Origin: an uncultured Actinomycetota bacterium
GTDB taxonomy: Bacteria > Actinomycetota > Actinomycetes > Mycobacteriales > CADCTP01
DNA length: 64,000 bases
Reading direction: 5' to 3'
Assembly: GCA_963714145.1 (NCBI GenBank)
Contig: OY970235.1
Span: 7,962,499-8,026,498 of the forward strand
In this document: one piece after another, positions 1-8,686 of the stretch
Layout of the letters: every line of letters starts with the position of its first letter
Numbering within the stretch: the first letter of the stretch is position 1
The notes under the pieces: generated by a model
Databases searched by the model: none
Told to the model about the DNA's origin: nothing
The model's input: the letters and a program-made list of their open reading frames with translations, nothing else
Made by a program: the position numbers and the translations under genes

Positions 1-1486
1 CCGGGCTGCGGTTGCCGCCGCCGATGTACTCGATCCGGTACAGCGCCTGGTTGTTCGCGCCGGTGCCGTAGTCCAGCACGTACAGCGCGCCGTCCGGGCC
101 GAACGCCATGTCCATCACCTGGGTGCCGGTCCACGGGAAGGCCGAGATCTCGCCAGGCGTGCCGTCCGGGTTGACCGCGATCGCCTTGATCCAGCGCCGC
201 CCGTACTCGCCGGCGAAGTAGCGACCGTCCAGAGACTGGCGGGAACTTGACCGCTGGAGGTCAGTGCCGGCGTTGAACCGGTAGACCGGGCCGCCCATCG
301 GCGACTCCGAGCCGCCGCCGAACTCCGGCGGCGAGCCGGCGTCGCCGCCGTACTTGATCCAGCTCGGCTTGGCCGCCGGCAGCGTGGCTGATGCCGGTGT
401 TGCGGAAGGAGTTGTTGGTCGGCCCGCCGGCGCAGTTGTACTTGGCCTGCGCGGGCCCGGACGGGAAGGTGAACTCGTTGTAGGTCTCGGCGGTGGTGTT
501 GGTCCCGGTGCAGTAGGGCCAGCCGTAGAAGCCGGGGCCGGTGATCCGGTCGAACTCGACCTGGCCGCCGGGGCCGCGGTTCGGGTCGGCGCCGCCGGCG
601 TCCGGGCCGTAGTCGCCCAGGTAAACGATGCCGGTGGCGTTGTCCACGCTCATCCGGAACGGGTTGCGGAAGCCCATCGCGTAGATCTCCGGCCGGGTCC
701 GCGCGGTGCCCGGGGCGAACATGTTGCCGGCCGGGATCGTGTAGGTGCCGTCCGGTTGCGGGTGGATGCGCAGCAGCTTGCCGCGCAGGTCGTTGGTGTT
801 CGCGGCCGACCGCTGCGCGTCGAACTGCGGGTTGCGGTCGGTGCGCTCGTCGATCGGCGTGTACCCGGCAGAATCAAACGGGTTCGTGTCGTCGCCGGTG
901 GTCAGGTAGAGGTTGCCGGCAGCGTCGAAGTCGAGATCGCCGCCAACGTGGCAGCACTGGCCGCGGTCGTTCGCGACGGTCAGTACGACCCGCTCGCTGG
1001 CCAGGTTCAGCGTGTCGTCGGCGTTCAGGGTGAACCGGGACAGGTTCAGATGCCCCTGCCAGGGCGCGAAAGTCGGCGGCGGTGCCGGTGGCCGGGGCGT
1101 CCCCGCCGGGGGTGCTCAGCGCGGGCGAGTAGTAGAGGTAGATGAACCGGTTGGTGGCGAAGTTCGGGTCGACCGCGACGCCCTGCAGGCCTTCCTCGTC
1201 GTGCGTGTACGACGGCCAGCCGGCCGGCCATCTTGGTGTTGCCGGCCGCGTCGGTGACCCGCACGGTGCCGTCGCGGGCGGTGTGCACCACCGACCGGTT
1301 CGGTAACACGGCCAGCGACATGGCCTCGCCGAGTTCGGCACCGCCGACGGCGAGTTGCACCTGCTGGTAGTCGGTGGCCGGGATCGGTGCCGCCTGCGCG
1401 GCCGGTGGTCTGGCCGCCAGCGCGGTGCCGGCGGCGATGATTCCGGCGGCGGCGAACAGCCGCGTCCACCGGTGGAATGCGGACAT
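1..1486 (-). pseudogene. PQQ-dependent sugar dehydrogenase (glucose/sorbosone dehydrogenase family), secreted. The 3' end lies beyond the window and the reading frame is broken at least 3 times.
   Basis: ATG at 1486 is preceded by a GGGAGGA RBS. The signal peptide reads MSAFHRWTRLFAAAGIIAAGTALAA. Family-typical segments THDEEGLQGVAVDPNFATNRFIYLYYSP, IYAMGFRNPFRMSVD and NQALYRIEYIGGGN (at the left edge) lie in different frames, with shifts near ~1200, ~1065 and ~375. Confidence 0.7.
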
Positions 1487-1635
1487 GGGTCCTCCCGGAG
1501 CTGAGGGGTTGGCGCCGCCGGGGCATGGCTGTGGCCGGCCGCACGGGGCGGCCCAACCCGGCGGTGACACGGTGCAGCGGCGGCCGGGGTGGCCACCCGG
1601 CCGCACTGCCGGGTGGCCACCGCAAGGCCGTGCGA

Positions 1636-2805
1636 TCAGGTGCCGAAGACGTTCAGGTCCCAGAGCGAGTAGCCCCAGGGGGTGCCGCGCTGGGTGCCGA
1701 ACACCCGGACCCAACGGCCTGAGCCGGACACGGTCAGGTCATCGACCCCGCCGTCGCCGGTGCTGGTACTGGTGATCGTCGTCCAGTTGGTGTTGTCGTT
1801 GGACACCTGCACCTGGTAGGCCCGCCCGAATGCGGCCTCCCAGTTGAGCCGCACCCGGGAGATCTGCCGGGTGCTGCCGAGGTCGACGGAGATCCACTGT
1901 GGATCGGCGAACGCGCTGCTCCACCTGGTGCCGGCGTTGCCGTCCACCGCGTTGCCGGCGGGGAAGCTGGCATTCTCCACTGAGGACGAGGTGGCCGGCC
2001 GGCCCTGGGCGAGGTCGGTCACCGTCCCGGTCGGCGGCCGGCAGTCAGCGGTGACCGAACCGGCCGCGATCTGGATGCCACCTAGCAGCATCCGGGTGAA
2101 CAGCGGGTCGGTGTAGCTCGCCTCGGTGTGCCCGAGGCCGGTGTACCAGGCCCGGCCGGCGCCGACGGTCCGGCACCAGGTGATGGGGTGGTCACCGCCC
2201 ATCGTCCCGCCGCTGTAAGAGGATTCGTTCAGGTTGGCCAGCACGTGCACGTTGGCCCGCGGGTTGGTGCGGTAGTTGTACCACTCGTCGGTGCGGGTCC
2301 AGGTCGCCGGCAGGTGCGCGACCGAGGGGTTGGTCCGGTCCTCGATCCGGACCTGGGCCTGCTGGATCGCCGGGTGGGAGCTGAAGTACGCGCCCATCAG
2401 GCTGCCGTAGAACGGCCAGTCGTACTCGGTGTCGGCCGCGGAGTGCACGCCGACGTAGCCACCGCCGGAGTTGATGTAGGACTGGAACGCCGTCTGCTGG
2501 GTGTCGTTCAGCACGTCGCCGGTGGTCATCATCCAGATCACCGCCTGGTACTGGCCCAGGTTCGCGGTGTTGAACTGGTTGGCGTCCTCGGTCGCGGTGA
2601 CGGTGAACCCGTTCTGCGCGCCGAGTTGCTGGACAGCGGCGATCCCGTTCGGGATCGACGAGTGCCGGAAGCCGGCGGTCTTGGAGAAGACGAGCACCTT
2701 GGTCAGCGGTGCCGCCGCTGCGGGGCTGACCGGGCTGGCCGCGACCGCGACCGCCGTGGTCAGTACGGCTACGCCGACGGCTGTCGAGAGCGCACGGATG
2801 CGCAT
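1636..2805 (-). CDS. ThuA-domain protein with C-terminal F5/8 type C (discoidin/CBM32-like) domain, secreted
   Basis: GAGGAGG RBS before ATG 2805. Signal peptide MRIRALSTAVGVAVLTTAVAVAA. ThuA-like core (KVLVFSKTAGFRHSSIPNG...HPITWC). C-terminal NAVDGNAGTRWSS...WISVDLG...ISRVRLNWE discoidin signature. The frame is intact. Confidence 0.9.
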   Translation of the reverse strand: MRIRALSTAVGVAVLTTAVAVAASPVSPAAAAPLTKVLVFSKTAGFRHSSIPNGIAAVQQLGAQNGFTVTATEDANQFNTANLGQYQAVIWMMTTGDVLNDTQQTAFQSYINSGGGYVGVHSAADTEYDWPFYGSLMGAYFSSHPAIQQAQVRIEDRTNPSVAHLPATWTRTDEWYNYRTNPRANVHVLANLNESSYSGGTMGGDHPITWCRTVGAGRAWYTGLGHTEASYTDPLFTRMLLGGIQIAAGSVTADCRPPTGTVTDLAQGRPATSSSVENASFPAGNAVDGNAGTRWSSAFADPQWISVDLGSTRQISRVRLNWEAAFGRAYQVQVSNDNTNWTTITSTSTGDGGVDDLTVSGSGRWVRVFGTQRGTPWGYSLWDLNVFGT

Positions 2806-2880
2806 GGCGTTCCTCCTCGATGGTTGGCGATCAAGGGCAGCGTCCATTTCGGACGGTCGGGCGCTAGCTGACGGTGATCG

Positions 2881-5660
2881 TCAGGTGCTGATCAGGTCGA
2901 ACTTCTCCCACGGACCGATCGCGGTGCGGTTGGCGATCAGTGCCGCCGCGCCGGCGTTCTCGGCCGTCACGTAGTTGCCGTTGGCCTGCGCGCGCAGGCT
3001 CACCGTGCCGTCCGGGTTGCGGATCAGCGCGAACGTCTCCCAGCCGCCGACGGCCGTCCGGTTGGCTATCAGCGGTTCGGCGCCGGCGTTCTCCGCGCAG
3101 ACGAGCAGCCCGTTGACCCGGGCCCGCAGCGCGATGTTGCCGTTGCCGAGGTCGATCTGCTCGAACTGCTCCCACGGCCCGATCGCGGGGGCGCTGGCGA
3201 TCAGCGGCGCGGCGCCGGCGTTGGCGGCGCTGACGTACTGCCCGTTGGCCAGGGCCCGCAGGCTGATCGAGCCGCCGCTGGCACCCGCGCCGAGCCCGAG
3301 CGTGGACGCCGTGCCGCGCAGCGTCTTGACGCTCTGGTTCGCCGTTCCGGTCAGCGTGGTCGCGGTGTACGCCGACAGCGGCTTGGCGGTGCGCTCGACG
3401 ACGTAGACCGTGTTGGCCGCGGTGGCGAAGGTGATCTCGGCCGCCGAGCTGGTCGCCAGGATCGCGTTGTCCGAAGTGCGGCGGACCCGGACCTGCTGCG
3501 GTGCCCCACGGGTTCACCACCCGGGCCGGCTTGCCGTACAGGCTCTTGCAGCCCGACGTACTTGATCTCGCCGGCCTCGCGCTCGGAGCTGACCAGGAAG
3601 CCGTCCTTGGCCAGCAGGGTGAACTTGCCGACGAAGCTGGCTGTCCGCCGGCACGGCCGGGAAGACCCGGATCTTGTCGTTGTAGCTCTGCAGCAGCGAC
3701 TCGTTCATCGCGGCCAGGTGCACGCCGAGGTACTCGAAGACGCCGTTGGTGTTGTTGGTCATGCCGTTCGGGTAGTTCTGGTAGCGCTGCAGCATCGTCT
3801 TCATGCCGTCGAACGCCTGGTCGCCGAGGCCGAGCCGGGCCGCCTGCACGGCGTCGTTGGCCCACACGTTGCCGTACGGGAGCGGCCGGGCGTTCCAGGT
3901 GTTCACGCGCGGTCTGGTAGTCGGGCGCGCCGATGCCGGTCAGGTCGTACGGCCAGATCAGCTCCGCCGCGACGTTCTCGTTGTTGCGGGTCTGCGCGAT
4001 CGGCGGGTCGTGCGGCAGGAAGGCGCCGTTGCTCGCTGGGTAGGGCGCCAGGTTGTCGAGCAGGTTCTGCCAGCCGGCGCGCAGCCCGCTGTCGAGGCCG
4101 AGCTGCGTGGCTGACCTGGATGGTCGAGCGGGAACAGGCTGCCGCACCGCGGCCAGGTCGGTGATCGCGTTGCGCACGTCCCAGTAGGTCTCGTGCGCGT
4201 TGGACGTGGCCATCTCGTACGTGCCGCCGCTCGAGCGGTCAGCTTGCGCTGGTAGAAGCGTGACCACGTCCCGCATGAACGGGTAGGCGGTGTCCCGCAG
4301 GTAGGCGGTGTCGTTGGTGTACCGGTACTGCAGGTACATGTTGTACGCGGCCTCGGTGCCGGTCGAGTAGATGTCGTTGACGTAGTCGCTGTTGACCGTG
4401 CCGCGGGCGTTGCCGTCCCAGCCCATCGTCTCCGGCACCCACAGCCCGTCGGTGCCGTACCGGGTCTGCGTGTACGCCTTCAGCGCGGCGGTGTTGCGGC
4501 TGTAGAGCCGGTTGAAGGTGGCGAGCAGGTCGGCGTGGTTGGACGCCAGGAACGAGTTGTAGACGTCGCGCTGGTTCCAGTACCAGTAGCCGTTGCTCCA
4601 CTTTGTCTGGTCGCCGGTGGCCCGGAACACGCCGTTGATGAAGTGGAGGGGTAGTTGCCGTAGCCGCCGGCCGCGATCATGTACGTGGCCAGGTAGTAGA
4701 CGTTCTCCAGGTAGTCGGCGTCGCCGCCGACGTTCGGAGTACTGCACGAACGACTCTGCCCAGAAGCCGTGCCACCAGTTCCGGTAGCTGGTCAGGGTGG
4801 TGGCGTAGCCGGTGCGTCTTGACCGCGGCGAGCTGCGTCTGCGGGCCTGGGCGACCGAGTCGAGGTTCGGGCGCGTTGACCCGGCTGGCCGCGGTGAACC
4901 AGATCGTGTAGCTGGACGTGGGCGTGATGCTCAGCCGGACCCGGGTGCCGTTCACCACCTGCGCGGTGTAGCTGGCGCCCTCGACGGTCGCGGCGAAGGT
5001 GTAGCCGAAGTGGTTCGGGTCGGCCTGGCCGCGGCTGAACCCGGCGCCGGTCGCGTCGGCGAAGGTGGATACCGTCCGCCAGGTGCTCAGGTTCGGCACG
5101 TCGGCGCTGTTGGTCGACCGTGCCCGGGTCCCACAGGCTGAGATCGAGGGTGATGCTGCGCGACGCCGGTGCGGCTGTCGTCGACGTGGATGCCCATGAC
5201 CTCGGAGTTCGGCGCGCCCATGCACCGTGACCGTGCGGTTCGCGTCGTACTTCGTGGTGAGCGTGCCGTCGTAGAGCGAGAGCCGCTGCTGGAACGTCGA
5301 GTAGCCGGTGTCCATAGCCGGGCTGGTGGTCAGGTTCGCGATGCCCGGCCGCGAACGCCGACTGCTGCGACAGGTCCACACCGGACACCTGCATGCGTGA
5401 GCCCGTTCTGGCTCCACACCATCGCACCGGTACGCGCCGTTGCCGACGGTCAGGCCGTGCACCGGGTTGGTGTTCGGTCGGTTGTAGACGATGTCGTGCT
5501 TGGACAGGTAGCCGGCGTAGTCGACGCTCAGCGCGCCGGCCGCGGCGTCGAACGCGGCATCCGTGGTAGCGGCCCGGGCTGGTGTGCTGACCGCCCCGGT
5601 CAGCACGAGCCCGGCGATCAGGGGAAGAGCCGCTCGGCGCAGCGGCGGCGAAGCCGTCAT
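2881..5660 (-). pseudogene. Secreted six-hairpin glycoside hydrolase (GH95-like/DUF5703-like N-terminus) with three C-terminal beta-trefoil (fascin/AbfB-like) repeats; multiply frameshifted
   Basis: Signal peptide MTASPPLRRAALPLIAGLVLTGAVSTPARA from ATG 5660. Conserved blocks (LSKHDIVYNRPNTNPVHGLTVGNG; MQVSGVDLSQQSAFAAG; HFINGVFRATGDQTKWSNGYWYWNQRDVYN; NTWNARPLPYGNVWANDAVQAARLGL) are scattered over all three minus frames, with at least 8 shifts by my reading. The tail ANGQYVSAANAGAAPLIA...ANGNYVTAENAGAAALIANRTAIGPWEKFDLIST ends at TGA 2881-2883. Confidence 0.65.
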
Positions 5661-5912
5661 GCTAGATCCCTTCTGGATCGCGCGCTCCGACCCGGTGCCT
5701 GGCACCGCGCCACAACGCGTTTTCATCCAGACGGAACCCCTCGCCGATGGGGACCGCTGAGGCCATCGAAACGCCAGGCGCCTGTTGCGCCTGCTTTACA
5801 CAATCGATGTACCTTGTGATAGGACCTTAATATAGAACGTGAAGTCAATGGCCCGAACGAGTTACTGCGGCCTGTATCGGGTGATCAGGCCGGTTCGGGT
5901 CGCCGGGCGGAG

Positions 5913-6659
5913 TCAGGTGCGCAGGTAGGAGGCGCCGTTCAGGTCGAGGACGGCGCCGGTGGCGAACTCGGCGGCCGGTGAGGCCAGGTAGAGCACGGCG
6001 GCGGCCACCTCGTCGGCCCGGGCGACCCGGCCGAGCGGGCTCTGCGCCCGGATCCGGTCGCCGTCCGGTCCGTCCAGGAACTCGGCCGCCATCTCGGTCT
6101 CGACGAAGCCGGGCGCGACGGTGGTGATCGTGATCCCGGTACCGCCGAGCGCCTGGGCCAGCGACTGGCCCATCGAGTTGAGCCCGGCTTTGCTGGCACC
6201 GTACGCGGGGTGGTCCGGCTCGCCGCGGAAAGCGCCCCGGGACGACACGTTCACGATCCGCCCGCCGGCCCGCATGTGCCGTACCGCGCACCAGGTTGTG
6301 TTGGCCGCGCCGATCAGGTTCACGTCCAGCACCCGCCGCCACGCCTGCTGCCACTGCTCGTACGTGCTCTCCAGGATGGGGTGCCCGACATACACGCCGG
6401 CGTTGTTGACCAGCACGTCCAGGCCGCCGAGCGCCTCGGCCGCCGCATCTACCATCGCGCGCACCGCCGCCGGGTCGGCCAGGTCGGCCCGCACGGTGAC
6501 GTGCCCGCCACCGGCCAGCGCGGCGACCGTGGCCTGGGCCGCCGCGGGGGACGCCCGGTGGTGCACGGCGACCCGGTCACCCTGGGCCGCGAACGCCACC
6601 GCGACCGCCCGCCCGATCCCGCGCGACGCCCCGGTCACCAGCACCTTCCGCCCGTCCAT
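5913..6659 (-). CDS. SDR-family oxidoreductase (FabG-like)
   Basis: TGASRGIGRA cofactor motif, NNAG, and the catalytic Y-x-x-x-K (YGASKAG). 248 aa, intact. Confidence 0.9.
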   Translation of the reverse strand: MDGRKVLVTGASRGIGRAVAVAFAAQGDRVAVHHRASPAAAQATVAALAGGGHVTVRADLADPAAVRAMVDAAAEALGGLDVLVNNAGVYVGHPILESTYEQWQQAWRRVLDVNLIGAANTTWCAVRHMRAGGRIVNVSSRGAFRGEPDHPAYGASKAGLNSMGQSLAQALGGTGITITTVAPGFVETEMAAEFLDGPDGDRIRAQSPLGRVARADEVAAAVLYLASPAAEFATGAVLDLNGASYLRT

Positions 6660-6692
6660 GCGGCGACCCTACGGAGCCCGGACGGCGCGCTG

Positions 6693-7283
6693 TCAGCGGG
6701 CCCAGCGGGTCAGGAAGTCGCGGACCTGGGCGGCGGTCATGCCGCGGGCGTTGGCGAACGAGCCGTCGTTGGTGGTGACCCTGACCTGGCCGGCCGCGGT
6801 GAGCACGGCCAGCGCGGGAATGCCGCTGCTGTTCAGGTCGACGTACCGGCCAGCTACCTCGAGGTTGTGATCGAACTCGCCGACGTAGATCGCGACCAGG
6901 TGGTAGTGCTGGCGCAGCACGGGCTGGACGGCCGGTGACCGGAACAACTGGTGCAGCACGACGCAGTCCGGGCACCAGTCGGCGCCGAAGTCGAGCAGGA
7001 TCTCGCGGTGGTCGGCGCGGGCCAGGGCGCGTGCCGCGGCGATGTCGGCGGTGGCGTTGCGGGCCGGGTCGTAGCGCTCGGGCAGGGCGGCCGCGGTCGG
7101 GGTCGGGGTCGGCTTCGGGCCGGGCGGTCGGGCCGAGGTCGGCGTGGGGTCGGACGCCGCCGGGCTCGCCGTCGTGGTCGGCGGGCTGCCGGTCCGGGCC
7201 GCGCCGCCGCGGGTGCACCCGACCAGGGTGGTGGTGGCCAACCCGATGACCAGCACGGCACGCAGCCGCGGCGAAACCGACAC
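6693..7283 (-). CDS. Thioredoxin-fold lipoprotein
   Basis: Lipobox LVGC after a hydrophobic N-terminus, a Pro/Thr-rich linker, and a WCPDC redox motif. The start is assigned to GTG 7283 (no in-frame ATG) and is uncertain. Confidence 0.7.
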   Translation of the reverse strand: MSVSPRLRAVLVIGLATTTLVGCTRGGAARTGSPPTTTASPAASDPTPTSARPPGPKPTPTPTAAALPERYDPARNATADIAAARALARADHREILLDFGADWCPDCVVLHQLFRSPAVQPVLRQHYHLVAIYVGEFDHNLEVAGRYVDLNSSGIPALAVLTAAGQVRVTTNDGSFANARGMTAAQVRDFLTRWAR

Positions 7284-7477
7284 AGCGGATCGTAACGGAC
7301 AGTCGCGTTGAGTCGACAATATTTCACCCGGAGTGGCGACGCGCTGCCCGCCTTCGTTGTACGTTCCGACGATTAGGACGAAGACGATGGGACGTACCTC
7401 TTCCCCCGGAGGTGGGGGCAATCAGATCATTGCGGTGCCGGGTGGCCGGCTCGGTGTGGGTGGCAGGCGGGTGAGGC

Positions 7478-8686
7478 ATGACGGTGCTGGTGGACGACCC
7501 GGACCCGGGGTTGGCCGGGCCCCGGGGTGACGGTGTGATCGACGTCGCCGGCCAGCGGCTGACCGTGGCCGAGTTCCTGGCCGAGTGCGCCCGCACCCTC
7601 GGCGATCCGGCCGCCCCGATCGCCGCCCAGCGGGACCGCTTCCTCGCCGCCGGGCTGGCCGCGCTGCGCCGGGCCCCGGACGGTCGCGAGTGGACGGCGG
7701 TCGGGCTGCGCCCGGCGGACGGGCGGTTCGCCGAACTGTGCGCGGAACTCGGCACCGCCGCCCGCGGCCTGCTGGCCGCCGGAGCGACCAACTTCTTCTT
7801 CATGCGCAAGCCGCCTGGGCTGCGGGTGCGGCTCGCCGGCCCGCCGGATCTCGCCGCTGCACTTCGCTCGCATGTGGACAGTTGGCGTTCGGATGGTCTG
7901 CTGGCCGAGGTCGTGCCGAGCGGGTACGAGCCGGAAGAGCACCTGTTCGGCGGACCGGTGTCGATGCGATACGTGCACCGACTGTTCACTGTGGACTCGC
8001 TGGCCTGGCTCGACCACGCCGCGCGCTCCGGCGGCCTGCCGGCCTGGGCATTCTCGCTGCGGCTGATCCGGGCGCTGCTGGACGGGCTGGAGATCGTCGG
8101 TTGGGAGGACCTGGACGTCTGGGACCGGCTGCGCCGCCAGGCTTACCGGACGCTGCCGGCGCCGGTGACGGGCACCGCCGCGTATGCGGCGGCGGCCGAG
8201 GGGGTCCGGGCCGCCTGGGCCGGCGCTGACGATCCGGTCGCGGGCTTTCCGGCCACGGGCTTTCCGGCCGCGGGCTCTGCGGTCGCGGGCTCTGCGGTCG
8301 CGGGCTCTGCGCCCGCGGGCTTTCCGGTCGAGGTGAAAGCGGTTGCAGCGGAGTGGCGGGCCGGCTACTTCGCCACCCCCGAGGCGTACGTCGGGCCGCG
8401 CGAAGCCGCCGCATTCGCGATCGTGTTCCACTGGAACCGCGGCGGCCTCCCACCGCTGCGCCAGGGCCTGCTCGCCGAAGCGCTGGCCGACCGGGCCGCC
8501 CTGTCGGCTCGGGGTGCCGGGTCGGCTGGGGGCGCCGGGTCGGCTCGGGATGCCGAGTTGGCTCGGGGTGCTGGGTCGGCCGGGGGTGCTGAGTCGGCTC
8601 GGGGTGTCGAGTCGGCCAGCGGTGGCTCGACACCCAGGGGTGTCGGGCCGGCCGGGGGCGCCGGGTCGGGTGGGTGGGCCCGGTGA
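7478..8686 (+). CDS. lanB: Split LanB, elimination-domain protein (SpaB_C / thiopeptide-type bacteriocin biosynthesis domain) with repeat-rich C-terminal tail
   Basis: REWTAVGLRP...ATNFFFMRKPPGLRVRLAG...GYEPEEHLFGG...FTVDSLAWL matches the W...FFFiRY..gpHlRlR...Y.pE..RYGG pattern of LanB C-terminal domains. The stop overlaps the next ORF's start. Confidence 0.8.
   Translation: MTVLVDDPDPGLAGPRGDGVIDVAGQRLTVAEFLAECARTLGDPAAPIAAQRDRFLAAGLAALRRAPDGREWTAVGLRPADGRFAELCAELGTAARGLLAAGATNFFFMRKPPGLRVRLAGPPDLAAALRSHVDSWRSDGLLAEVVPSGYEPEEHLFGGPVSMRYVHRLFTVDSLAWLDHAARSGGLPAWAFSLRLIRALLDGLEIVGWEDLDVWDRLRRQAYRTLPAPVTGTAAYAAAAEGVRAAWAGADDPVAGFPATGFPAAGSAVAGSAVAGSAPAGFPVEVKAVAAEWRAGYFATPEAYVGPREAAAFAIVFHWNRGGLPPLRQGLLAEALADRAALSARGAGSAGGAGSARDAELARGAGSAGGAESARGVESASGGSTPRGVGPAGGAGSGGWAR
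8237..8326 (+). repeat. Six in-frame 15-bp tandem units (GFPAT/GFPAA/GSAVA...)
   Basis: gtcgcgggctttccg / gccacgggctttccg / gccgcgggctctgcg / gtcgcgggctctgcg x2 / cccgcgggctttccg, read directly. Confidence 0.9.
8504..8670 (+). repeat. In-frame 18-bp tandem units (SARGAG/SAGGAG...), degenerating toward the 3' end
   Basis: tcggctcggggtgccggg / tcggctgggggcgccggg / tcggctcgggatgccgag / ttggctcggggtgctggg / tcggccgggggtgctgag / tcggctcggggtgtcgag ... Confidence 0.85.
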
